Translations under genes and position numbers: made by a program | Shown: piece by piece, positions 1 through 13,605 of the stretch | Layout of the letters: every line of letters begins with the position of its first letter | Position numbering within the stretch: position 1 is the stretch's first letter | The notes under the pieces: generated by a model | Told to the model about the DNA's origin: nothing | What the model saw: only the letters and a program-made list of their open reading frames with translations | Database searches by the model: none | Assembly (NCBI RefSeq): GCF_018977255.1 | Contig: NW_024704742.1 | Span: 80,416,001 to 80,480,000, forward strand | DNA: 64,000 bases | Reading direction: 5' to 3' | From: Callorhinchus milii | Taxonomy: Eukaryota

Positions 1-399
1 TCATAGTCTAAAGTGGCACTCCAGTTCAATGCTAAGAGAGATAAGGCATTAAACCAAAGTCCCATCTGCCTATTCTGGTGGATGTTAACAATCCCATGTC
101 TCTACTCAAAAAGAGAATGGAATCACTATAAATTACAAAAAATCTTTTTAAGACATTTTGACCTGACAAGGCACAATATCAAAGAAAGGATTAATATAAC
201 ATAATAATAATGTTTGTATTTGATTTATTGCCTTATCTCCTCACAAAGCGCTTCACGGGATTTTACTGTGAAATGTAATGTCTGTTTATTTGTAGGCGAA
301 CTTGAAAGCTAATTTGTGCAGAGCAGTGTCCCACAAACAGCCTGAAGTCAATGACCAATTTTATTTGAGGGATTGTTGGCCATAATACTATGTCAAAAT

Positions 400-835
400 A
401 GTGTAAGGCAGCAATAAACAAGACAAATAGGATGCTCGACTATCCTAAATCCCCAGATATTGGGCGGTATAGTGCTTTAGTCAGGCAGCATTTAGAGTAC
501 TGCATACATAGGCCCTACAGACAATACAGGGGAGAGCAAAAACGATGATCCTCAGTGCTAGAGGGATGAGTTGTGAAAAATGATTAGATAAGCTAGGACT
601 CTTCAGTCTTGAGAAAAGATGACTCAGAGGGGACCTTATTGAATATATCAAATTTTAAATGGGATTGAAAAAGTAAACTCAGACCAATACTTTAGGATGC
701 ATCAATAGAGTAGTAGTTAAGTTGAATGCTTGGCAGCTCAATGCTATGGTTGGATGATGGTTGGGTGGGTATTCTGGAGGGATGGGATCAGATAAGCTGA
801 AACGTCTTCTTCATTTGATCAAATCTTACAGTCTT
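400..835 (+). mobile_element. Old CR1 LINE 3' fragment
   Basis: Degenerate CR1 ORF2 C-terminal sequence (tatagtgctttagtcaggcagcatttagagtactgc; ctaggactcttcagtcttgagaaaagatgactcagaggggaccttattgaa), similar to the younger CR1 at 59500-59760. Confidence 0.7.
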
Positions 836-1188
836 GTTAGGGCACTGGGAGAAACTCCCTTCTCTTTTCATATTATGCCATGGGAGCTTTAACATCCACC
901 TGAACAGGCAAACAACACCCATCCGATGGATGCCACCTTCAACAGTGCTTTACTCACCCAGCACTGCACTGGAGAGGTAGCTTGGACTATGTTCCAAGTC
1001 CCGGATTTTAATTATTGTCCCAATGTTAATTTGTGTTATTCTTTATTAAGGAATCCTGATGCTTTGACAGCAAATTATCCCCCAGTATTGAGTGTTATGC
1101 TAACAGTTCTGTTACATTTATTGGATCATACATCAATTTGATTAAGCCTAATTTACGCCCTCCTGTTTTCAACTCACAATGTATTGAA

Positions 1189-1319
<131 letters not shown>

Positions 1320-1593
1320 ACAATAAAATACATTGGTTTGCAAGTGGATTAAAGCGACAGGTAATGGGACTTTCTCTCTAGTATGTGGGTAAATGTATAT
1401 TTTTTTAGTTCACTAACAGTGGAATATAATTTAATAGTAATCGTTTACTGCTGCGTTAAACTTGTATCAGAAATGTGAAGTAGTTGAAATACAGTTAAAT
1501 GCATCCTTACTGTCTAAAGTGCTATTTTATGTTTGGTCGTAATTAGGTAGTCATAAAGGTTCTGCTGAATAGCCTGGGACATTTGCCACTTAC

Positions 1594-1706
1594 TTTGCAC
1601 CGTTAACTCCATAATATTCAAGGCAATGCCCAGGATGAAAATTTATTATAACACTGCTTAAGAAATGTGAAGGCTCTTCATAGATTTCTTCGTCCCATTG
1701 AAAACC
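1594..1706 (-). CDS. Internal coding exon of unidentified gene: GFQWDEEIYEEPSHFLSSVIINFHPGHCLEYYGVNGA(K/N), phase 0 to 2
   Basis: Acceptor ttactatgcag, donor gtaagt, 113 nt open frame, non-repetitive sequence, phase matches the 2574-2611 exon. Confidence 0.75.
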
Positions 1707-2573
1707 CTGCATAGTAACAGGAATATAGATGGAAGGGAGCCATAGTTTCCCCGACTCGTACACATTATATAATACCTTTGAAGTTAAGGTACACCACATA
1801 GTAGCTGTGCTCTTCTAACACTGAACCATTGTAATAAAGAAAGGGAAAGCTGGTATATTTACTAAGATTACCTATGGGCAGAGACTGGAGCAGCTGAACC
1901 TATTTTCAAGTGAAGTTTAAAAGGAAACCCAATGTTTTGGGAAGGTACAAAACATTGGGAACAGAGAATGGGAAGGGCAAGCGACACCAACAATAATTAA
2001 ATCTTTAATTTCAAATTAAATTGTGGTTTTAGTTCTTGATTATATAACAAAGTTAATATGAAAATAATAAAGTTATTTTTGCTGATGCTTGCTTAGCATT
2101 TCAAAGCAACTGTAGCACTTTAGCATTCATACTATATTTATTGCTGTGATGGATTGAACAAGCTGAAAATGTTCAAAATTAGTCCATCCAGAATGATAGG
2201 AAATTTCCTGACCCTGCAAACAGGCTAAGATTTATGTGATTAGAGCATTGATTTACTTAAACAGAGGTGTAATTGCAAAGGAAATATTTAACAAGTTGTT
2301 TATATTTATTGTTATTAAAGTGCACAATAAATATCACAAAAAGGATTGCTACATTCAATAAAACATTTTCAAATCTCAACTGTTTGTTTTGTATAACATG
2401 AATTTCCATTACCCCTTTATGTTTGAGACCATTTGTCCTGTCGTGTCCATGCTGGCTTTTTGAGAGAACAATCCATTCAGTCCCATTTATCTGCCATTTC
2501 CCCTTATCTCTGCAATTTATTCATTTGTAACATATCTATCTGGATCCCTGTTAGCAGCTAATATGGAATTCAC

Positions 2574-2611
2574 CTTCAAATTTGTTTGCTTCCAATCACA
2601 CAAATAAGGAT
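2574..2611 (-). CDS. Coding exon of unidentified gene: (Y)PYLCDWKQTNLK, phase 1 to 0
   Basis: Acceptor caattttcag, donor AAG|gtgaat, 38 nt; joins in frame to 1594-1706 and is phase-compatible with 17627-17742. Confidence 0.6.
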
Positions 2612-3059
2612 CTGAAAATTGACATGGTTGCCATCGCAGACATAATGTGCCAATATATCATGTGTTTATCCATGCCCCAAAATGTAAGAATCAACAAATC
2701 TGTTTAACCTTGAGATGCTAAGGTCAAGAGTGAAAGCTGTATTAAATAGATAGTTGGACAGATAGACAGATTGATCAATGAGTTTATGAGAATCTAGTTA
2801 GTGGTCGGCTGTTTACAGAAAACAAGGCACAATGTTTGGGTGAAATGCTGTAACCCACTGAAGATGGCATACATAGTGACAGGATACTGTGGGATGAGAA
2901 TAGGATGGATAAATCCCTATCCTTCCAAAATTATTTCCTTTCATGCGTTTCATTGAAAATATTCTCTGATTGTTCCAACCTCAGTACTGCAATATTTCTA
3001 GTGAACACCACGACTACACCAGTAAGTATCATTAGATTGCTTCTGCACATAACAGCGGT

Positions 3060-3840
3060 GCAAATTCCAGTGCGCAGCCTAGGTGTCTGGTTCAACCCAC
3101 AGTTGTCCTTAAACCTGACCAGGACCGCCTTCTTCCATCTCCGCCACATTGCCCGCCTCTGATTGTACCTTATCACAAACGTAGCCAAACCCTCGTGCAT
3201 GCGTTTGTCACCTCCCGCTTGGATTACTCCAACGCACTTCTCGTCGGTCTCCACAGCATCACCGTTCACAAGATCCAGCTCATTCAAAACTCTGCTGCCC
3301 GCATACTGACCCGGACCAAACTCCTTACCCACATCTCACCAGTTCTGGCCAGGCTCCACTGTCTCCTCATCACTGAACAAATCAACTTCAAGTTCACACT
3401 CGTGTTCAAATCCATTCACTCTCTGGCACCTCCCTACCTCTCCAACCTCCTCACTCCCCAATCCACAACCCGGCGCCTGCACTCGACTGACACCGGCCTC
3501 CTGTGCATCCCTCCGCCCACCATCGGAGGTCATGCTTTCAGCCACTATGCCCCAAAACTTGGAACATTCTCCCTCAATCCCTCAGACTTGCTCCTTCTCT
3601 CCCCTCTTTCAAGTACCACCTGAAAACTTTCCTGTTTGACTGTGCTTGGGACACCTTGGGACGTCTTCAGTGCCTTGGGACATCTTCCCGATGTGAAAGG
3701 TGCTATACAAATGTAATTGTATTGTTGTTGTTGTGCTTACGGCCATCTCCTCCTCAAAGTCAGGCTCTGCCACTGTTAAGCGCTCTGAGACGCCACCCTG
3801 CGTGGAGGGTGTTATATAAGTGCAAGTTCTTGTTGTTCTT
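3060..3840 (+). mobile_element. L2 LINE 3' fragment with two successive 3' tails
   Basis: ORF2 C-terminal motifs [15 protein letters not shown] and [16 protein letters not shown]; stem-loop tail ending in (TTG)n at ~3733, then a second tail to ~3840. Confidence 0.9.
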
Positions 3841-4874
3841 GGCTCCCATCCTAACAATAAAAAGAACAGTTTGACAAAAAAAACCTGAGAGTAATGAAGA
3901 CAGTGCTAAACCCTGATTTTGCAGCAAATCAGAAAAAAACATCAGTGAAGGATGGATCACTGTCAGCTGAGCTTTATTAGTGTATTAGTACTGTAAGTGA
4001 AACTGACCACATAACCAACAAGTTCCAAATGATTGCAGTTATGTTATTCTGGTCAGGTTCGTAGCTTGTATAAAACTCACAAATCGGCTGCCAATGCAGA
4101 CACCTTTAATAATAATAAACCTTGCATTTTGACACAGTGCTTATCATGTTGTTGGAATGTCTCAAAGCGCTTCACAGAATTTTATTGTATATGTGTAGGC
4201 AAAAAAGGCAGTTTATTTGTGCACTGTTTCATAGCACCTTTGACAATACAGCACCCACCACCCCGCCCCCCTCCCCCCGCCCCCCCAACACTGCACTGGA
4301 GTGTCAGGCTAGACTTTGTGAGTTCAAAGTCCAGATATTTCCAAACCCAATCTTCTGACTCAGGAGAGAATGCTACTAACTGATCTAGGCCAATAAACAT
4401 AAATATATTTTATGCAACATATATATACTTTATAACAACTATTTGAATTTGCAGATGTTTCTGTGACTTAGAAGTTCTTATTAGTCAAATAGTTTTTCAA
4501 TTTTTTTTGAAGACATTTCAGCGCCTTGGAACGTCTTCCCGACGTGAAAGGTGCTATACAAATGTAATCATTTCGTTGTTGTTGTTTTTCTGTGATCCTT
4601 ATGGAAACCCTCGACTGTCCAACATCTTGGAATATCCTCCCGATGTGAAAGGTACTCTATAAAAGCAATTTATTGCTGTTGTTGTTGTTGTCGTCATGCT
4701 CATTGAGGTAAAGGATATTAATGCTGCGAGATGAAACACTTTTGCAGTTTTGACACTAAAATTAACATCAAGCATGCTCCAATTTATCAAATATCAAGGT
4801 CGAAATTCCGATATACAAATATTGAAAGAGTTGATGCCAGTTTCTGTGTTTTTTACCTGGTTCATTTGCACTAA

Positions 4875-5201
4875 GATAATAATAATAATAATAATAATCC
4901 TTGCATTTGATATAGCGCTTTTCACATCGGGAGGACGTCCCAAAGCGCTTCACAGAATATACTGTAAAGTGAATTGACTGTATATTTGTGGCTAACGCGG
5001 CAGCCAATTGCGCACAGCAATGTCCCACAAACAGTCGTAGATTGAAAATGACCAATTTATTATTGTTTTTTTGGTTTTGGAGGGATTATTATTGGGCTCT
5101 GTGTGGAGTAAGGAAACTTGCCCAAAGTTTCGCCCTGCCTGGAATTCAACTCAGGTCTCTCGTTTGCAAAGCGAGTGCTCTAACCACTAACCACTGAGCT
5201 A
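4875..5201 (-). mobile_element. Full-length tRNA-derived Deu-domain SINE with L2-type tail
   Basis: tRNA-like head (gtagctcagtggttag, gagttgaattcc), central tgtgggacattgctgtgcgcaattggctgccgcg, 3' stem-loop and (ATT)n tail. Confidence 0.9.
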
Positions 5202-7897
5202 CATTCCAGGGGAGGTAGACATCTTTCCTCATACTGTACAGTAAGTGATGCTTGGTGTGTGAGAGCTCTCCTTGGGGCTGGGCTGGCTCCAAGGTGATGC
5301 GGATGTGCTTGGCAATGGAATATCAGAATTGATCTGTGAAGTCCAGTCAAGGTTTTTAATGTTGATAATGTGAAATTTTTAACGCTAGAAATAAAAACTA
5401 CTGAAATTTGCTGAACACAGGATGTGGCATTTTCCTCTCAAAATTCTGTCGTGATTTCCATAAAGATTTGGCAGAGATGTTAGATGCAGAGTAAAACTTC
5501 TTCTACTCTGCTCCAATAGTGTGCCTCAGTCTAAGAGATAGAAAAGCATTTCCTGCAACAACAGAATAATATTTTTTATTTCTCATGTCAGTCATTCTGA
5601 TGAAATGACAATTTAATGCCACATTTGTGCCATATGCCTACACTCACTGGAAAGTAGATTCAGATCTCCCAAAGCTTGTTTCACATAGGACTCTTATAGC
5701 AGAGGAGACTTTCAGCCCATGGATTCAAACCGATATTCATGGGCAAAATGAAATTTATACAACATTTTAACAAACAAATATCATAGTATTTCAATTTCAC
5801 AGTATAGAACAGAATCAAGTTAAGTGTTTTTTTTTGTAGGAAGTCAAATCCCAATAATCTTTTTATCCCGAACTGTATTCATTGCTCAAGTTAGTAAAGT
5901 CTTTCTATTCCTGAACATCAAAGTTATTTTTTTCCTGATTATTCCTTGTGTGATTTAGCACAATCAATGTGTCGAGAAGTGCCCCGAATGTTATGACTTA
6001 GAAATATCTAGGACTATAAACGGCCATCTGGCTAGTCTCAAAATACATATTTTTGTATTTTGAAAAATAATAAATAAGCCTACCCTTGACTGAGTTTGTC
6101 ACCAAATAACTATCCCAACTGAATTTTTTCTATAACATCTGGCTAACATTTTGACTGTTTGTGCGCACAATTAGCTGCTGTGTTTCAGCCAGAAAATATA
6201 CAGTCATTTCACTTTACAGTATATTCAGTGAAGGCCTTTCAGACTTCTCAACAATGTGATATTAAATGCAAGGATCACTATTATTAACAAAGCAGTTTCT
6301 TTGGCAGTCTGATCCACGGGTCGGCTACCCATTGTAAAATAATTAAACTTGAAGTATCTGCTTACCTAGCCCTCTTCTGAATTTCAGTCAATGCCTCTTG
6401 TTCTAGATTTTGGACCCTATTTAAACATATAAAAATTCATCTTATCTGTGTTCATTAGGATCTTGACAATGTTCATTAGGATCTTGACCATGTCCCTGAG
6501 CCATCTCCTCTTTAGTGCAATCTACAGTAGTCTCTCCTCACAACTGAGAAGGAGTTGATGAGTTATTTTTGTATTCTAAATTGAATATACTGTACATTGA
6601 AAGACAATGGTATTACGAAAATATGCCATTCAAAATGTAGCCAGCCTAACTGGTTCATGTTTGCAGTGTTTAATGAGTTTTGTAGCCCATGCAACTTAAA
6701 GGTTTATTTAACGCAAGCTATCTCATCCTCTATATCAGTTATTTTGAGTCAGTCTAAACACAAACATTAGAGTCCAATCCTTAGTATGATGAATGTCCAA
6801 ACCATTCAGCTTTCTCCAGACACATTAGATCCAGTGAATGGGTTTAGCATGGGTCACTCCAAAACATAAGCTTATAAAATACAAGAGCATGTCGATTAAT
6901 AGTGAATAATATCCTGTGAATTATTTTAATGACTTGTATTTATGCATAGTGCCTTTAATGTAAAGCAACATCTCAAAGTGTTTTGAAGTAAGACTCACTT
7001 TTGTCCTGCATTTTAAATGAAAATACCTTCTGACTCATTTAATCTCAGGATCCCGCACTTATGAAACCAATCATTACAACCTATTTAAACGGTGAAATAT
7101 TGGAGCATGGAGGGCTAATGCATTTCTGGAAAGCCTGAGCAATGCAAATCACTGCAGGCTTTTCTTATAATTATTTTGTATTAATCTCCTTTCCTGGTCA
7201 TACATATTCTCGCTCATAATGTGGATTAGTGTTGTTGGTAAGATTGTTGGCACCCTGTTCTCCCGTATTGATTTAACATTCAGCCTATAAATCAAAGATG
7301 ACACAGTGGGAAGGTTTCCTTTCGCAGTTAATCCTTCATTTAGGTTAATTTGTCACTGTCATGTTGCTTAAGTAGAAAAAGCTTGTAGTGCAATAATGTA
7401 CCTATCTGCACAACCTCGCCTGTCTGCAGTGCTCACCTTCCTGAGTGCTGTTGAGAGGCCATTGTACCAAGGTTATCTGAATATGTACTTTCTTTTCAGA
7501 GCAAGAAGGAAAAGGAGCCTCATGGTACAAGTTTATTTTTTACCATCAGGTAACTGATTTCCCATGAATCTTCTTTTCAGCTCCTTGTTGACAAAAGCAA
7601 TGTGGTGCAGTGAGTGTGAAAAAGGAAATGGTAAGGCTGTGAGGCAAGGTTAGTGGGATCACAGCATCAAGATTCTCATTCTCACCTTCAAATCCCTTCA
7701 CGCCTTCTTGATCCCTATCTTGTGTCCCTGAAGGTGTGTTCTATCTGAGTTCCTCACTCTGCCTTTGTGTCCTTCACTCTCTATCCCTCTTTCTCTCTCC
7801 CTTTCATCAATCTTTCCCTGTGAGTCTTTCCCTCTCTCTGACTCTTGTACATTGTTTCTCATACTCACTTGATCTTTCCTATCTCAACAACAAGTTG

Positions 7898-8165
7898 TGA
7901 CTGTCCTCCTTGGAGCTGAACTGGCTCTCAGGTGCCATGTTTGACAACGGATGTCACCCTCTTTAGCAGTCTCGGTAGTCTAGTTTCTGAGCCAGACGGA
8001 CTCGAGGGCCTGTGATGACAGCCCAGCCAGCCTGGCTCATCGGCAGGATTTGGAAGGGCAGACCAATCACTGGAGGCAGGGACTCTTCCCATTCAACTCC
8101 TGTTTACCCTGCAAGCAAAAGGCCTAAAGGATAGGGCAGACCTAGCTAGATAAGCAGCGGAAAAG
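7898..8165 (+). repeat. Unclassified interspersed repeat, 5' part
   Basis: Aligns by eye with 29400-29690 (ctccttggagctgaactggc, gacagcccagccagcctggctcatc, tcaactcct, ccctgcaagc). Confidence 0.75.
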
Positions 8166-11100
8166 AGATACATTTTCCCTCCCCTTCTCTTGCCTGCCCC
8201 CCCACCCCCAGCCCCCTACTCCCACACAATGTGTCGTACCACCTCTGTAAAGTGCTCTGAGACATTATTCTATGTGAAAGTCACAATATCAATGCAACTT
8301 GTTGTTGAGATGGGAAAGATTAAGTGAGTGTGAGAGACAGTGTGCAAGAGATGGAGAGAGAATGACTCGCAGGGAAAGATTGATGAGAAAGAGAGATTGA
8401 GAATGATGGACGACAAAGGCAGTGTAAGGGACTCCACACACCTGGAGGGAGATAGGATAGGGATAAAAAGAGGAAAAATACAGGAAATGGGAGAGCGAAA
8501 TTCAGAGAAAAATAAGGAGAAGCACAGAGATAAACAGGAGCCAGAAACTTGAACACAAATGTAATGTATACTTATTAGGTTTCTCATTAAGCTAAATTTG
8601 AAAACAAACATCTCAGAAAAGAGACTTATTGGAGAATATTGTTTAGAAAGGTAAATAAGTTAACTTGCATACATCATATCAGTTGGTACCATCTAATTTA
8701 ATACAATTTATGTGAATTAGGAGTTACGGGCAAACTTGCACAAGACGTTTCTGTCAACTTAATATGACTTACGTGAAGCTAATTTTGTCTTTTGTGACAT
8801 GATAACGGATGAAAACCATGTTTGCCCTGTTTGTTTCAAATGCAGTACTATGTGCGCATGTTTCACCTCAATGCAGTTGCTAAGTACGGTAGAGGTGATA
8901 TGAGTTACGAGATGAATTATAATAATAATAATCCTTGCATTTGATATAGCACTTTTCACATCTTCTAGATGTCTCAAAGCACTTTACAGAATGTACTGTA
9001 AAGTGAATTGACTGTATATTTGTGGGTAAAACGTGGCAGCCAATTGATTTGCTTAAGATTTAGGATTATTGGGACCAATGTACCGTTACAGTTTAACCCT
9101 TTATCTGACTTGTAAAATATGATTAGTACCAAGAAATGTTTTTTGGTAGGAAATGAATGGGACTTGAGTGCATTATTATACAATAACAGGATGTGAGTTT
9201 ACCTGTATAAAATGTGAATGAGATTGAATAAACCCAGATACATGCTTTCAGATATTCCAAGACAGCAAGGCAGGTTAAGGATTGTGAATCATAATTTCAG
9301 GAAAGAAACCAGGAAGTATTTATTTAATTGACTCATAACACAGGCCTGTTTTTTAAAAAAAAAACTGTGATGGGGTGGGTAGGATGGATCTTCTGGAGGA
9401 ATGAGATCAAATGAACTGAAGGGCTTTCTTCATCTGTACCTTTCTTATGAAGCTCTTACTATCTTGCCAATATTAGCAAATCTAAAGCAAAATTTGAGAT
9501 CAGCAAGGGAATTGTCTTTCATCATAGCAAAATGGATGAAATTGACTCCCAGCTAAAGCAGTTTAAAATTGTGCCCACTGATACATTTCCAACAGAGCTC
9601 GATGAGCTGGATGATATCAAGTTGGGAACAAGGGTTAGAGAGAAAGGAATGATTGAATGCTGTATAGAACATGATAGTACTGAACTGCAGAGACCTCAGA
9701 AATATCAAAGCAAAGAAAGCAACTGGATGAATTATATAGGATTTAGGATGACAGTTGTTTTTCTTGTGCTTGTTTTATCTTTGGAGACAGAGAGAAACTT
9801 TAACCCTTTAAATGGTGCAGATATGTAATGGATCCAGGAGCTGCCAGGTTCTGTGGCCTCCAATGTGTGCACACGTCAGCAGCTCTGTTCCTTGATCTTT
9901 TCTTATATATCAATCATTGGTGTTTGAGATTTCAATATCAGTTTGTAAGATCTTGTGCCCAAATTGGCTGCCACATCTGCCTACAAAACAAACTGTTGAG
10001 ACGTCCTCCCGATGTGAAAGGCGCTATACAAATGTAATCTTGTTGTTCTAACTGCACATGACAGAAATTCCATGTGAAGTGTTTTGAGACATTGTACCAT
10101 TATAGGCACAATATCAAAGGCAAGATGTATTATGTTATTTTTCCATAAAGGGTTCTTTGTTTGTAAGCCAGAATTCCCAACCTTGAAACTGCCCCCAAAA
10201 CATATGAGTTGCGAGTATTTGCGCCTTCATGCTAATGCATTCCTTTAACTGTGTTGTGTATGTCTGTGTTTATGTGTAGTTCTTCAGTGTGTGTAGTTTA
10301 GAGAGGTTCAACCATTAGCCACCTTCAAAAAGTAATAATAATTAATATTAAACAGTCACCCAATCCTCGACTGTTTGTGGTATATTGCTGTGCGCAATTG
10401 GCTGCCACAGTTCGTCCACGAATACACAGTCAATTCACTTTACAGTATATTCTGTGAAGCATTTTGAGACATTTTAACAATGTGATAAGGCACTATAACA
10501 AATGCAAAGATTATTATTATTATTAGGCTAGAGGGGATTTTAGCACTTTGTCAATATGAATTTATAATGAGAAAATACCTTTTCATAAGGTCACAAATGT
10601 AGTGACAATCTGAAAATTCAATGCAACCACCAAGTTTATCAAGAATGGGAGAATGACTCCAGATACATAAGGTGTGTCAAATGGAAATACACCACCAGTG
10701 GATTGAGGTTTGCTTTTCTGAAATAGAGGTTATGCCACACTTTCAGGAGAGCATAACCTCTGCCGCATCTGCCCGTGGAGTACTTGTTATTAACACTGGA
10801 TGCAAAAAATGTTGCCATGCATGTTAACGTGCACTACTATCCCTATCGATATTATCAGTAATGACAGACTGCAGCAGCAGAAGTTGCTCCTCACCCTTAA
10901 AAAAATATTCCTTGCACTTATTTACTACCTTACCATGTCGTCAAGATGTCTCAAAATGCTTTGCAGAATACACTGTAAAGTGACATATTTTGTGAGCAAA
11001 TGCAGGTCAAGCAGAATGCAGAAGCATGCATTTATATCCCATGGGCATTGATATTGCCTGTCCCACAAACTTAGATTAACCCATTAGTTTTGAAATTGCC

Positions 11101-11318
11101 GCAGGCATTTTGCTTTTTGTGCCATTTCTCAGACGACCAAAGGCACAAGAAATACCATACAATGCAAAATTATATTTGGAAAGTGTCTTTCATATTGGGA
11201 GGACGTCCCAAGGTGCTGAACAGTCAACAGCAAATAATCAAAACGCAAAGGCACCGCAGCTGAAATTGTGGATTTCACAACTATTATGAGTTAAGTTGAA
11301 CTGTTTTCATCAAACTGA

Positions 11319-11639
11319 ATAATAATAATAATAATAATCCTTGCATTTGAGAAAAGTGCTTTTCATGTCTTCTCGACGTCTCAAAGTGCTTCACAGAATA
11401 TGCTGTAAAGTGAATTGACTGTATATTTGTGGGCGAAACGCGGCAGCCAATTGGGCACAGCAGTGTCCCACAAACAGTCGTGGATTGAAAATGACCAATT
11501 TATTATTGTTTTTTTTTGGAGGGATTATTATTAGGTGTGTGGAGTAAGGAAACTTGCCCAAGGTTTTGCCTTGCCTGGAATTGAACCTAGGTGTCTCGCT
11601 TGCAAAGCGAGTGCTCTAACCACTGAACTACAGGACTCC
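11319..11639 (-). mobile_element. Full-length tRNA/Deu SINE
   Basis: Same structure as 4875-5201, starting ggagtcctgtag on the minus strand. Confidence 0.92.
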
Positions 11640-11903
11640 AATAATCTTGTTGAAGATCCAGAATACTATGACATCTGCTTGAAATGACTGTTGTAAAACA
11701 TCCTGTCTAAGTGAGAAAAATGAGTTATATAGTCCAATAGACAATTTTATTTCTGCGAGGGATGTTTAATGATCATGTTTTTTATTCCTTCTAATCATGT
11801 TATTCTGTTGGTGCTGCCTATAAATTAGTATGCTTCACGCCATGGGCTGAATGATTCATTCATTGCCTTTTCTCAAACCCTCATTTAGGAACTTGCACAC
11901 TGG

Positions 11904-12926
11904 TAACATAACATAACATAACATAACATAACATAACATAACATAACATAACATAACATAACATAACATAACATGTAGGAGCAGGAGTAGGCCATTCGGC
12001 CCTTCGAGCCTGCCCCGCCATTCATTCATGGCTGATCTTCTAATCTAACCCCAGCTAATAACCTGACTCTGCCGTATCCCCATATCCCTTAATCCCTTTT
12101 GCAATAAGAAATCTATCTATCTCAGTCTTGAATATGTTCAAGGACTGAGCATCAACAGCCCTTTGGGGTAGTACGTTCCATACATTCACCATCCTTTAAG
12201 TTAAGAAGTTCTTCCTCAACTCAGTGCGAAAGGGCTGACCTCTGATTTTAGGGTTGTGACCCCTGGTTTTAGTTTCTCCAACCAGGGGAAACAATCTCCC
12301 ACTATCTACTCTATCATGCCCTTTGATGATCTTATAGGTTTCTATAAGATCCCCTCTAATTCTTCTATATTCTAGAGAATATAGGCCCAAATTGGTCAGC
12401 CTATCCTCGTAACTCATCCCCTTCATCCCTGGCACTAAACTAGTAAATCTACGCTGCACCCCCTCCAAGGCAAGTATGTTCTTCCTTAAATGAGGAGACT
12501 AAAACTGGACACAGTATTCCAGGTGTGGTCTCACCAGGGCCCTATACAGTTGCAGCAAGACTTCCCTACTCTTATACTCTAATCCTTTCATAATGAATGC
12601 TAACATACCGTTTGCCTTCCTAATTGCTGCTGCACCTACAGACTAACCTTCTGTGATTGATGTACAAGGACACCCAAGTCCCTCTGGACGCTAACACATT
12701 CCAATCTCTCTCCTTCTAAAAAATAACCCGCTCTACTGATTTGCTACCTGGGTGGATGACTTTGCACTTCTCTACATTATACTTCATCTGCCACCTACCT
12801 GCCCAATCACCTAACCTATCTGTGTCTCGTTGCAATTTTTTAATGTCATCCTCTGTGTTGGCGCTTCTTCCTAGTTTTGTGTCATCCGCGAATTTAGATA
12901 TATTAGCTTCGATGTCCTCATCGAGA
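11904..12926 (-). mobile_element. 5'-truncated CR1 LINE with (ATGTT)n tail
   Basis: Translation includes EGVQRRFTSLVPGMKGMSYEDRL and RGDLIETYKI; 3' end gaatggcctactcctgctcct followed by ~14 pentanucleotide units at 11904-11974. Confidence 0.95.
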
Positions 12927-13605
12927 TAGTAGAACCTGATCAGGTTCAGATAGTGTACAGGTGGTTTTCTGAACAGTGCAAGAGTCTATCCTCATGAAAT
13001 AACTTGTGCTTAGAACAACGCTAGGTCTCTACGAACATTCTTGTTTCAATTTTTTACTGAGTTTCAACTTCAATCGCTTTATCATTTTGAAATTCTTGAA
13101 ATTCAAAGTTAAAACTAAATTCTGAACAAATTAAACCTAGCCTGAATTTCAGTACGTCACACATCCAAAACGTCACCGATTCATAGCCTTTGACGCCATT
13201 TTTGATTTAAAATTTAAGATTGCAGAGAATTATTGATTATTCTTTAAATGCATTAACACAATCTGGAAGGTGTTGCGGTTTAAAAAAGCCTTTCGGTCCA
13301 TTAGATCTCATACTTCCAGAATACCCACCCTACCTACTGTCTTTCAATCACAGCATTTTTGCCTGCAAAAATGTAGTCAAAGGTGCAGTGAAGCAATTTA
13401 ACAATACCTTCCGACATGGAAGGATTTATCAAATGCAAATATTATTATTATTAATAAATAAATAAATGAGTCCAGCATCTGGGCCTCAATCCACTATGGA
13501 AAACATGTTTCTGTTGTTAATCAGTGGGTAAATAAATACTTCATTGTATCTGTCCTGAAAGTCCTCTTGTTCTAATGCCTTGGTGGATTTGAAAGTTACG
13601 TTCAA

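Noticed and set aside
6449..6489. 21-bp tandem duplication tgttcattaggatcttgac
   Set aside because: Ordinary slippage duplication within an old CR1 remnant.
11904..11974. (AACAT)n array as CRISPR-like or telomeric repeat
   Set aside because: No spacers; it is the tandem 3' tail of the adjacent CR1.
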